Shown one piece after another: positions 22,427-32,884 of a DNA stretch of 64,000 nucleotides (position 1 is its first letter; each line of letters starts with the position of its first letter). The stretch lies in contig NC_042998.1 in NCBI RefSeq assembly GCF_006345805.1, forward strand, positions 8,928,001-8,992,000, read 5' to 3'. The notes under the pieces are model-generated. The model was not told the origin of the DNA. It made no database searches and saw only the letters and a list, made by a program, of their open reading frames with translations. Source of the stretch: Octopus sinensis. Taxonomy: Eukaryota. Made by a program: the position numbers and the translations under genes.

Positions 22427-25400
22427 GTGTTCAGTCATTGCAAGATATGTTTAGTGTTGTATACGAGGTTTGAACTTAAGTTCCATTGTTTGTCTATGAA
22501 TACTGCCAAACGCGAGTTTTCTTTTCAGGTACATGACGCTATTAGGACCAATACCACTTCCACCCCCACCCACAGCCTCAGGGTTGGCACCCTCAACGTC
22601 GGCACACTGAAAGGCAGATCTGGCGAGATAGTTGAATTGCTTGAACGGAGGTGGGTTGATATATGCTGCATTCAAGAAGTGAGGTGGAGAGGAGGTTCTG
22701 CTAGGTTCCTCACAGGCAAAGGACAGAGGTACAAGATTTTCTGGGCTGGGAATACTGACGGAGTCGGGGGTGTGGGCATGCTTATCGCCGAAAAATGGGT
22801 AGATAAGGTAATCGAGGTAGTCAGAGTAAGTGACAGAATAATTAAGATTAGATTAGTGCTCCACCATAGTTTAGCAACTATTATATCGGCCTATGCCCCT
22901 CAGCCAGGGCTACCTGATGGACAGAAAGACTGTTTCTATGACACCCTACTGCAGACCACATCATTGACGAACGACAGGGACCTTCTCTTTGTGGCTGGTG
23001 ACTTCAATGGGCATGTTGGACGACGTGCTGGGGGCTTCCATGGCGTGCATGGAGGCTACGGTTATGGTTCCCGCAACGAGGAGGGAACCAGGCTGCTGGA
23101 GTTCTGCGATGCGAATAGTCTTATGATTTGCAACACTAACTTCAGGAAACCGACAAGCCACCTGGTCACCTACCGATCGGGCCGGCATACTAGCCAAATC
23201 GACTACATCCTTGCCAGAAAAAGGGAAAGATGGCTGCTTATAAATGCCAAAACCTTCCCAAGTGAAGAATGCACCCCACAACATAGACTGGTAGTTAGTG
23301 ACTTTAGGATCAGGACTAAGAGGGCGACTAGAAGACGACCAACATGGAGAAGAAGGGTCTGGAAGCTTAAAGACCCTGCGAATGGACAGAGATTTAGAGA
23401 TATGTTATTTGAAGCTTTAGACGAAATGGAAGGGAGTATAGCTACGCATGGGGTAGAAGACAACTGGACGCTTCTGAGGGACAACCTGCTGAAAGCCGCT
23501 GACCAGATCTGTGGCTGGTGCAAAGTCCCCTTAAGACCCAAAATAACGTGGTGGTGGAACAATATTGTTGACAGGGCTATTAGACAAAAGAAACAGGCTT
23601 GGAAGGCCTGGAAGAACGGTGGTAGCAGGGAAGTGTATCAGTCTGCCAGAAGGGAAGCCAGGAGACAGGTCTATCTAGCCAGAGGGGAAGCAGAGAAGGA
23701 AAAATTTGCCAATGTCCTGCGTCGTGAGGATGAAAGACTTGAGGTATTTCGTGTTGCAAGACAGTGTGTGAGAGAGAATCGTGACGTGGTAGGAGAGAAA
23801 TGTGTTCGCAAGGAGGACGGTTCACTTGCACTTAATGAGGGTGCAAAGAGAGAGACTTGGAGACGCCACTATGATAGGTTGCTGAATGAAGAAAATGAAT
23901 GGGATAAAGAGAGTCTGCCGAATGTCGACCCAACAGAGGGACCAGCAATCCGAGTTAACAGTTCCTTAGTAGATAAGGCAATTAGAAGCATGAAAACAGG
24001 GAAAGCCCCAGGCCCATCAGGAATTACTGCAGAGATGCTCAAAATATCTGGTGGTGTCGGCTATAGCTTAGTCACCCGTATAGTTAACCAGGTGATACAC
24101 GAGGGGGTCATACCCAATGACTGGTGTAGCAGCATAATAGTCAACTGCTACAAAGGTAAAGGCGACGCCCTAGAGACAAATAACTACAGGGGCATCAAGC
24201 TGCTGGATCAGGTAATGAAGGTTACGGAGAGGGTTGTAGCCGAACTAATTAGAGAGAGAGTTACCTTAGATGATATGCAGTTTGGGTTCGTGCCAGGGAA
24301 AAGTACTACTGATGCTATATTCCTGGTAAGACAGCTGCAGGAGAAATACCTAGCCAAAGATAAGCCCTTGTACCTGGCTTTTGTTGACTTGGAGAAAGCC
24401 TTTGACAGGGTCCCCCGGTCCCTTATCTGGTGGTCAATGAGGAAACTAGGGATAGAAGAATGGTTGGTGAGAGCTGTGCAAGCCATGTACAGAGACGCTG
24501 CTAGTAAGGTGAGGGTGGGCAACGAGTACAGTGAAGAATTCCGGGTAGAGGTTGGGGTCCACCAAGGTTCAGTCCTCAGTCCCCTCCTATTTATCATAGT
24601 CCTCCAGGCAATAACGGAGGAATTCAAGACAGGTTGCCCCTGGGAGCTCCTCTATGCTGATGACCTTGCTCTAATTGCTGAGTCACTATCAGAACTGGAG
24701 GAGAAGTTCCAGGTGTGGAAACAAGGATTAGAATCGAAGGGCCTTAGAATCAACCTAGCCAAAACCAAAGTTCTAATAAGTAGGAAGGTAGATCAATCAC
24801 AAACGCCTTCAGGTAGATGGCCCTGCTCGATCTGTAAAAAAGGTGTAGGTAGAAACTCTATAAGATGCACCAAGTGTAAGCTATGGACACATAAGAGGTG
24901 CAGCAATGTCAAAGGAAGGCTAACTAGGAAAATAGTTTTTGTCTGTGGCAAATGCTCAGGAGCAATAAACACTGGAAATATGCAGAGACCAACTTCTGCC
25001 ACGTTCCAGGGAGACAAACTAGAAGTAGTTGATAGCTTCCGCTACCTAGGAGACCAAGTCAGTAGCGGGGGTGGGTGTGCTGAAAGTGTAACTGCTAGAG
25101 TAAGAATAGCCTGGGCAAAGTTTAGAGAGCTCTTACCCCTGCTGGTGACAAAAGGCCTCTCGCTCAGAGTAAAAGGCAGACTGTATGATGCATGTGTACG
25201 TACAGCCATGCTACATGGTAGTGAAACATGGGCCGTGACTGCTGAGGATATGCGTAAGCTCGCAAGAAATGAAGCCAGTATGCTCCGATGGATGTGTAAT
25301 GTCAGTGTTCATAATCGTCAGAGTGTAAGTTCCTTGAGAGAAAAGCTGAACCTAAGAAGCGTCAGTTGTGGCGTGCAAGAGAGACGGCTGCGCTGGTATG

Positions 25401-25606
25401 GTCATGTGACAAGAAAGGCTGAAGATAGTTGTGTGCAAAAGTGCTACACCCTAGCAGTGGAGGGAACCTGTGGAAGAGGTAGACCCAGGAAAACCTGGGA
25501 CGAGGTGGTGAAGCACGACCTTCGAACTTTAGGTCTCACTAAGGAAATGTCTAGAGACCGAGACCTATGGAAGTATGCTGTGCATGAGAAGACCCGGCAA
25601 GACTAG
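22427..25606 (+). CDS. RTE LINE polyprotein: AP endonuclease + reverse transcriptase + PHD finger (1059 aa; first ATG 22496)
   Basis: EN motifs TLNVGTL, IQEVRW, SAYAP, GDFNGH, QIDYIL, QHRLV. RT motifs NYRGIKLL, QFGF, FVDLEKAFDRV, GVHQGSVLSPLLF, YADD. C4HC3 cluster at 24818-24955. No stops. Confidence 0.97.
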   Translation: MFSHCKICLVLYTRFELKFHCLSMNTAKREFSFQVHDAIRTNTTSTPTHSLRVGTLNVGTLKGRSGEIVELLERRWVDICCIQEVRWRGGSARFLTGKGQRYKIFWAGNTDGVGGVGMLIAEKWVDKVIEVVRVSDRIIKIRLVLHHSLATIISAYAPQPGLPDGQKDCFYDTLLQTTSLTNDRDLLFVAGDFNGHVGRRAGGFHGVHGGYGYGSRNEEGTRLLEFCDANSLMICNTNFRKPTSHLVTYRSGRHTSQIDYILARKRERWLLINAKTFPSEECTPQHRLVVSDFRIRTKRATRRRPTWRRRVWKLKDPANGQRFRDMLFEALDEMEGSIATHGVEDNWTLLRDNLLKAADQICGWCKVPLRPKITWWWNNIVDRAIRQKKQAWKAWKNGGSREVYQSARREARRQVYLARGEAEKEKFANVLRREDERLEVFRVARQCVRENRDVVGEKCVRKEDGSLALNEGAKRETWRRHYDRLLNEENEWDKESLPNVDPTEGPAIRVNSSLVDKAIRSMKTGKAPGPSGITAEMLKISGGVGYSLVTRIVNQVIHEGVIPNDWCSSIIVNCYKGKGDALETNNYRGIKLLDQVMKVTERVVAELIRERVTLDDMQFGFVPGKSTTDAIFLVRQLQEKYLAKDKPLYLAFVDLEKAFDRVPRSLIWWSMRKLGIEEWLVRAVQAMYRDAASKVRVGNEYSEEFRVEVGVHQGSVLSPLLFIIVLQAITEEFKTGCPWELLYADDLALIAESLSELEEKFQVWKQGLESKGLRINLAKTKVLISRKVDQSQTPSGRWPCSICKKGVGRNSIRCTKCKLWTHKRCSNVKGRLTRKIVFVCGKCSGAINTGNMQRPTSATFQGDKLEVVDSFRYLGDQVSSGGGCAESVTARVRIAWAKFRELLPLLVTKGLSLRVKGRLYDACVRTAMLHGSETWAVTAEDMRKLARNEASMLRWMCNVSVHNRQSVSSLREKLNLRSVSCGVQERRLRWYGHVTRKAEDSCVQKCYTLAVEGTCGRGRPRKTWDEVVKHDLRTLGLTKEMSRDRDLWKYAVHEKTRQD

Positions 25607-27304
25607 TCAGGCCATAACCCGTGGCCCCGACCTGGGACGTAGTCAGTCCTGTGCATACCTTCCTTCTTGTGACACTTATGAAGACCTGTTGAGGCAAGTG
25701 AAAATCAAATCAAATCAAAACAAATCAAAATAGATGAACATCAGTGGAATTGTATTCTTTGTGGTACCAGTGCCGGTGGCACACAAGAAAACCACCCAAA
25801 CGTGGCCGTAACCAGTACCGCATCGACTGGCCTCCGTGCTGTGGGCACAACAAACACCATCCGATCGTGGCCGTTCGCCAGCCTCATCTGGCACCTGTGC
25901 CGGTGGCACATAAAGACACCATCCGAAGACCCGGCGACGTAGTCAGTCCACCTGTGCATACCTTCCCTCTTATGACACTTGTGAAGACCTGTTGAGGCAA
26001 GTGTGTGACACTTGTGAAGGCCTGTTGAGGCAAGTGAAAATCAAACCAAATCAAAATAGATGAATATCAATGGAATTTGTATCTTTGTGGTTCCAGTACC
26101 GGTGGCACACAAGAAAACCATCCGAAGTGGCCGTAGCTGGTACCGCATCGACTGGCCTCCGTGCTGTGGGCACAACAAACACCATCTGATCGTGGCCGTT
26201 CGCCAGCCTCACCTGGCACCTGTGTCGGTGGCACATAAAAACACCATCCAAAGACCCGGCGACGTAGTCAGTCCACCTGTGCATACCTTCCCTCTTATGA
26301 CACTTGTGAAGACCTGTTGAGGCAGAGGCAAGTGTGTGACACTTTGTGAAGACCTGTTGAGGCAGAGGCAAGTGTGTGACACTTGTGGAGACCTGTTGAG
26401 GCAAGTGTGTGACACGCGTGACACTTGTGAAGACCTGTTGAGGCAAGTGAAAATCAAACCAAATCAAAATAGATGAACATCAATGGAATTTGTATCTTTG
26501 TGGTTCCAGTACCGGTGGCACACAAGAAAACCATCCGATCGTGGCCGTTCGCCAGCCACATCTGGCACCTGTGTCGGTGGCACATAAAGACACCATCCGA
26601 AGACCCGGCGACGTAGACAGTCCACCTGTGCATACCTTCCTTCTTGTGACACTTGTGAAGACCTGTTGAGGCAAGTGACACTTGTGAAGACCTGTTGAGG
26701 CAAGTGAAAATCAAATCAAATCAAAACAAATCAAAATAGATGAGCATAAATGGAATTTGTATCTTGTGGTACCAGTGCCGGTGGCACACAAGAAAATCAT
26801 CCGAACGTGGCCGTAGCCAGTACCGCATAGACTGGCCTCCGTGCTTTGGGGACGTAACAAACACCATCCGATCGTGGCCGTCCGCCAGCCTCATCTGGCA
26901 CCTGTGTCGGTGGCACATAAAAACACCATCCGAGCGTGGCCGTCTGCCAGCCTCGTCTGGCACCTGCCAGCCTCATCTGGCACCTGTGTCGGTGGCACAT
27001 AAAAACACCATCCGAGCGTGGCCGTCTGCCAGCCTCGTCTGGCACCTGTGTCGGTGGCACATAAAAACACCATCCGAGCGTGGCCGTTCGCCAGCCTCGT
27101 CTGGCACCTGTGTCGGTGGCACATAAAATCACCCACTACACTCTCGGAGTGGTTGGCGTTAGGAAGGGCATCCAGCTGTAGAAACACTGCCAGATCTGAC
27201 TGGCCTGGTGCAGCCTTCGGGCTCCCCAGACCCCAGTTGAACCGTCCAACCCATGCTAGCATGGAAAACGGACGCTAAATGATGATGATGATGATGATGA
27301 TGAT
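25607..27304 (+). repeat. Hierarchically repeated RTE 3'UTR
   Basis: 300-350-bp modules starting GACGTAG at 25636, 25936, 26261 and 26610, each containing short GAAGACCTGTTGAGGCAAG and ~62-bp GTGGCAC sub-repeats. Confidence 0.9.
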
Positions 27305-27969
27305 TGTGGCATTATTTCTATGATGTATCATATAATTATGACTATGACACATTATATAACCATAACTATGTTGTATCATATAATTAATAGTCATAATAAA
27401 TATTTTAGTGCTACATCCACTAAAGAATGATTATTACTATAGTTGACTGACATTCAAATGATTTTCCTAAGAAGAGTTTTTACATTAAACATTCTGGGTA
27501 TACTACAGTGTTGCAATCTGTTATCATAACAAGAGCCAAGGAAAGAATCACACTGGTCATATAAAAATAAGCCAAGAGCTTGAGGTTGTCCTCATCTTGG
27601 ATGTTATAGCCACAGCTGTTCAGCTGTTGTATTCTTCAGACTTCTTCAGGTGCTTGGTATGTACAGTAGCATTCTTAAAATTTCAAACTGAACTCTATTA
27701 AATCTAACCCCGCTTTCCATTGTCCATATTAATGATATTCTCCTATTAGTTGCTGTTCAATCTATGATGCCTCTTGCTCATTCCACTTAAGCCAGGGTAT
27801 ATAATGTTCGTGAAGGCATGTGCCCTGTGATAAGGGTGTTGGATTTATGATCATAACATTGTGCTTTCAATTCCTGGACTGGGCATTGCGTTGTGTTCTT
27901 GAGTAAAACACTTCATTTCACATTACTCCAGCCCACTCAGCTGGCAAAAACAAATGAGTAGGTGTATGT

Positions 27970-28667
27970 AAAAAAAAAAAATAATAATAATAAAACATTG
28001 TGTACAGTGCTCAGGTGCACTACAACTCATCTAAAGTGTATGTATAGTACATAGGGGTAATGTACAAGCGTCAGGAAAAGAACAGTGCATGAGTCATGAC
28101 ATACACATATGTGCATGAGTATGGAAGGGGGACAATCAGGTGTAGTTTCGGCAGATTTCGGAAAGCATGAGAGCCTTAAAGGATGCAGTTTGTTCCATGC
28201 TTCAGCAACTCTGAGCGTGAAAAAATGTTTCTGAAAGTCATGGGAGCTGTGTTGTTTTCTGACTTTGTAGGCATGTCCACGTGTGTTGGACACATGGGGA
28301 TCAAAAAGGTGTTCAGTGTTGTTGTTGGTAAGGTGGTTGATAACTTTGTGGGTGTTTACCAAGTCCATCGCCAGATGCTGGAGCTTCAGTGAATCCATGC
28401 CCAGGGAAACAAGGCGCTCAGAGTATGGTGGGTGTCTGATGGAGGGTATGCGTTTGGTTGCACGTCTCTGAACAGATTCCAGGAGGTCAATGTTCTGAGC
28501 AAGATAGGGGTTCCAAACTGATGATGCGAATTCCAAGTGTGGTCGTACCATAGCTGTATACAGTTTTAAATAGATGGCTGGAGAGCGGCTAACAAAAGTC
28601 TTGCTGAGTGATGCCAAGACACCCTCGGCCTTCTTGACAATTTTAGAGATATGCTTTGTCCAACACA
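27970..28667 (-). mobile_element. 5'-truncated CR1 LINE inserted in another SINE
   Basis: ORF 28027-28668 is near-identical to the CR1 C-terminus at 1484-2200; A/(TAA) tail; TGTATG repeated on both flanks (27963, 28669). Confidence 0.9.
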
Positions 28668-29599
28668 ATGTATGCCACAGAAACTTGGAAACTGGATCTT
28701 ATGAGTTCATAGGGCTCAAGAAGGATGCTTTATCCTTATGTATTGTTTGACTGAACCAGGATTGAACTTACACCTACTACTTAAACTATTACACTTAATA
28801 CTTAATCAACCATATGTATTATCCCATTGTCCTTTAGGACAACTGAGTTTTGTAAATTAGAATCTGTAAACCTAACTTTTATTGTCTTTTTTTTTTATCC
28901 AGTTGATGTATAAAATTGTTGGAAGCACTCTGAGCACTCTATTGTTGGAAGCACTCTGTAGCAAAATGCTACAGTACCATAAAACTATTTTCATCAGTAT
29001 CTCATTTATAGAGTGGCTGTGTGGTTAAGAAGTTTGCCTCCCAACCACATAGGTTCAAGTTCAGTCCCACTTGTAGCACCTTTGACAAGTGTCTTCTATC
29101 ATCATCAAATTGTTGTGAGTGAATTTCTTAAACAGAAACTGGAGGAAGCCTGCCATACATGAATATATGTGTTAGTGTCTCCTTGTCTCGACGTCGCAAG
29201 ATAATTGTAAATAATAGTCATTATCATACAAGCAGTGTCATTCATTTTCATTTTTCTGTGAAAACATGTCTGGTCATGGGGAAAATATTACCTTACTTGG
29301 AAACAGGTGAGGGTTAGGGCCTGGAAATGCATTCGGCTGTAGAAATTTGTCTCAACAAACTCTGTCGCATTCAAGCACTGAAAAACAATCGTTAAAGCAA
29401 CAATAATGATGATGATTATTTTGTGTAATTATTTACCACAAGAGCAGAAATTTACATGTAATTTACATGTATTTATATGTAATTTATTTGTTGTGTATGT
29501 AGTTTAAGTGGTACTTTTATCTCATTCTCAGTTTTTTGTGATATTCTTACAAATATGATGTTTGAAATTTTTTTTATTTTTGAACTTTTTATCTGCTAG

Positions 29600-29717
29600 G
29601 CTATTGACTTGAATGACTACAAACAGCGTATTTTCCACTATGTAGAGTCTCGGATGAGCTTTATTGCACCCAACATCTCTACAATTGTCGGTGCCTCAAT
29701 AGCTGCTAAATTGATGG
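29600..29717 (+). CDS. PRPF31: PRPF31 coding exon 7
   Basis: AIDLNDYKQRIFHYVESRMSFIAPNISTIVGASIAAKLM(G) with the YVESRMSFIAPN signature; TAG acceptor, GTAAGA donor. Confidence 0.98.
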
Positions 29718-30180
29718 GTAAGAATTTTTCTTTTCATTTTGCAATTTCTGCAAGTAGATAACCGTAACAGTCTGGGAAGACTTGCAAATGATATGGCACT
29801 GTCCTTCTTTCCTGATCTAAATGATTCTTCTACTATAGGCCCAAGGCCTGAAACGTTTCAAGTGGGTGGTCAGTAACACCAAAACCTAATGCTTAGCTGG
29901 TACTTTTGTAGCCCCCAAAAGGATGAAAAGCAAAGTTGGCTTTGGCAGTTTTTGAACTCAAAAAAGTAATACATTACTGAAAACACGGTTTTCTTTCTCT
30001 CAAACTATGAAAATCTTTCTTTTGTTGTTTTTTTTTTTCCATTTATTTGGAAAACTTGAACTTTATGATTACATCTCACCTTTAAACATTTCTACTCTAC
30101 TGGAGTCTATTCAGGCTATAAGCTCCGTCAGCCTCTTTTGTATTAGACATCATATTATGCTAGCACACGCCTGATTGGTG

Positions 30181-30431
30181 TCTGTGTCGGTGACACATGA
30201 AAAACACCAACCAATTGTGGCCGTTTGCCAGCCTCCCCTGGCCTCTGTGCTGATGGCACGTAAAAGCACCCACTACACTCATGGAGTGGTTGGCATTAGG
30301 AAGGGCATCCAGCTGTAGAAACACTGCCAGATCAGACTGGAGCCTGGCACAGCCTCCTGTCTTCCCAGACCTCGGTCAAACCGTCCAACCCATGCTAGCA
30401 TGGAAAACAGATGTTAAACGATGATGATGAT
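30181..30431 (+). mobile_element. RTE 3'-tail fragment
   Basis: CCCACTACACTC...GGAAGGGCATCCAGCTGTAGAAAC...CCATGCTAGCATGG...(GAT)n. Confidence 0.85.
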
Positions 30432-31574
30432 CACATGGAATAAACTATGGTGCTTTGTATACCATCATATAAACCTATGCTTTTTGTGTCTTTGTCAGTG
30501 TATTGAGAGAGCCTCTATGTGGTTGCACAATCTGCTAGAAAAGTAGCCATGTCTTTCTCATATCACCTCCTTTTTTCTTTAAAAATGGAAAAGACATAGA
30601 TAATGCTGACCAAGGTAAACTGCCTGAAACAAGAGGACTGTTATGGCTGGAATGCCTTGGTCTGCACAATCAAGGTAGACCTGGACTAAGCAACAATAAT
30701 AACTATGTAATGATTTAGTGGCACAAGTTAAGCAACCAAGTTTCTTTAAAAATACCTGCAAATAACTAAACCTGGGACATGGTTGTTTGTATATACTGAA
30801 ATTTGAAGTCACTTGTTTAGTTGAAGGTTTCACTTTGTAACTACATGGTGTAGGGTTCAGTTCCTTTGCATGTCAGGTTGACCAATGCCTTGTAAATGGA
30901 ATTGTTAGATGGAAAATTTAAAGGCTTGTCATATATCCATAAATTTGGATGTGTGCATGAGTGTGGTCACCATACATAGTGCCTTTGTTTGCAATCTGTC
31001 CAGAAAACATGTCTAACCTTTGAGCTAGTCATTATTTCAAGGACTAATTATTAATTTAATTGCAAAGAGTTCAGAGATTGACAGGAAGAGTTTTCCAGTT
31101 GTTGAAAATTTGCCTCAAAATGTTCCATCTGATCCATACCAACAGGAAAAGTTGTTAAAACAAGGACGGGAATGAATTTTTTGTCTCTTTTCCTGTGTAG
31201 TGATTTCACTATTGCTTGGTTCTTTTTATTGAAATTTGATCCTAACAAATTCTGTTGACTCATTTATACAATTTTTCAATATTTCTTAGGAAAATTGAAA
31301 ACTGAATTTATTCCATTCATTACCATATTTTTGTTGCAACACTGCTTGTTTTTTCAATTAATTTTGAAAATAATTAAAAATTTATCAAAATCTCTTTGTC
31401 ATTATTATGCTGGTGTTTGGAACTTAATTTAACATGAAATTTTGATGGCAGGTTCTAATTTAAATCACTTTAACCATTTTACTGTGAAATTAAATTTTGT
31501 GGCTATTCCAGTAAAGATGTTAAATATCTATCAAAAAATAGTATTGATATTTTCTGCGAGTTACATGGCCTTAA

Positions 31575-31793
31575 CCCTTTAGTGTTCGCATTATTCTGCC
31601 AAAATTAATGCTTCTTTATCCATATTGTTTTGAATTAATCATGCATTATCTTGTAGCTATGAGATTTTGATGAGGTAGCTGTTAATTTTAAAATGATATT
31701 GTAGGGTGGTGTGAGAGACCAGATAGGGCTAGTTTGAACATAAAACAGGCAGAATACTTTTGGCCGGATATGGCCAGTTTAAATGCTAAAGGG
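31575..31793. mobile_element. piggyBac-type MITE (opposite orientation to 15345)
   Basis: TTAA|CCCTTTAG...CTAAAGGG|TTAA. Confidence 0.85.
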
Positions 31794-31899
31794 TTAATAA
31801 ATTTGAGATATATCAACAAAAAATATTTTCAAACATGAAGACCCAACAAATAAAGTGAGTTCATGGCTCACAGGACGGCCTGCTGTGCTTACCTTGGAT

Positions 31900-32286
31900 C
31901 ATAGGGTGACCTGGTGTGCTTGAGGAGACCTATTGAGTCAAGTATATCAAGATCAAATAAAATCAAATGGAAATTGTAGTTGTGATACCCGTGCCAGTGG
32001 CATGTAAAAACACCATCCGAACTTGGCCGATGCCAGCGCCACCTTGACTGGCGTCTGTGCTGGTGGCACGCAAAAAGCACCAACCGATCGTGGACGTTGC
32101 TAGCCTCCTCTGGCCCCTGTGCTGGTGGCACATAAAAAGCACCCACTACACACGCATGGAGTGGTTGGCATTAGGAAGGGCATCCAGATCAGACTGGAGC
32201 CTGGTGCAGCCTCCTGGCTTCCCAGACCCCGGTCGAACTGTCCAACTCATGCTAGCATGGAGACAGACGTTAAACGATGATGATGA
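31900..32286 (+). mobile_element. RTE 3'UTR fragment, variant head
   Basis: GACCTATTGAGTCAAG and AAATC-like runs, GTGGCAC repeats, common tail with (GAT)n. Confidence 0.8.
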
Positions 32287-32669
32287 CATTCCTCAACAGA
32301 AGATAGCTTGGTATATAAAACTGTTTTCTGATGTTCAGTGAAATGAAATTTTGAGTTGATATAACTGGTTTCTTGCAGTAATAGGAAATTCATATCATAG
32401 AGCCAGGGACAGTCTAGACATGTTGATAGCAAAAACATTAAGAACTATTAAATAGTCCTTAGATTCCGTAATTGTTTAAATCTTTCTAATATAAGCACAA
32501 ACTCCAAAATCAGAAATTTATTGTACAAAATACATTCTTTTACCATTATGCCTCTGGTATTTTTCTTGTCACTGTATCACATTAGAAACTTGTTTCTTTT
32601 CAGATAACACTGTTAATATTTCAATTAAACATTTAATTTCTTAAGCATTTAAATTTTTACATTTTACAG

Positions 32670-32825
32670 GTGTTGCTGGTGCTTAACGAACCTCTCAAAA
32701 ATGCCAGCCTGTAATCTCTTAGTTCTTGGTGCACAGAAAAAAACCCTCTCTGGTTTCTCCACTGCAGCTATAATGCCTCATACAGCTTTATTTATCAATG
32801 TGAAATTTGCACCAAAACACCACTA
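32670..32825 (+). CDS. PRPF31: PRPF31 coding exon 8 (two apparent 1-nt deletions)
   Basis: Restoring one G near 32681 and one near 32785 gives GVAGGLTNLSKMPACNLLVLGAQKKTLSGFSTAAIMPHTGFIYQCEI, and 156+2 = 158 nt, the length of human exon 8. Confidence 0.92.
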
Positions 32826-32884
32826 GTAAGTTTCCTTTTGAATTTTCATAAAATCTTTTTCTTTTTATTATACACAAATTAAGA

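Larger units (their letters stand above)
22297..27304 (+). mobile_element. Apparently full-length, intact RTE-clade LINE
   Basis: Short 5' leader, single APE+RT ORF, 1.7-kb repetitive 3'UTR, CCATGCTAGCATGG terminal palindrome and (GAT)n tail ending at 27304. Confidence 0.93.
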
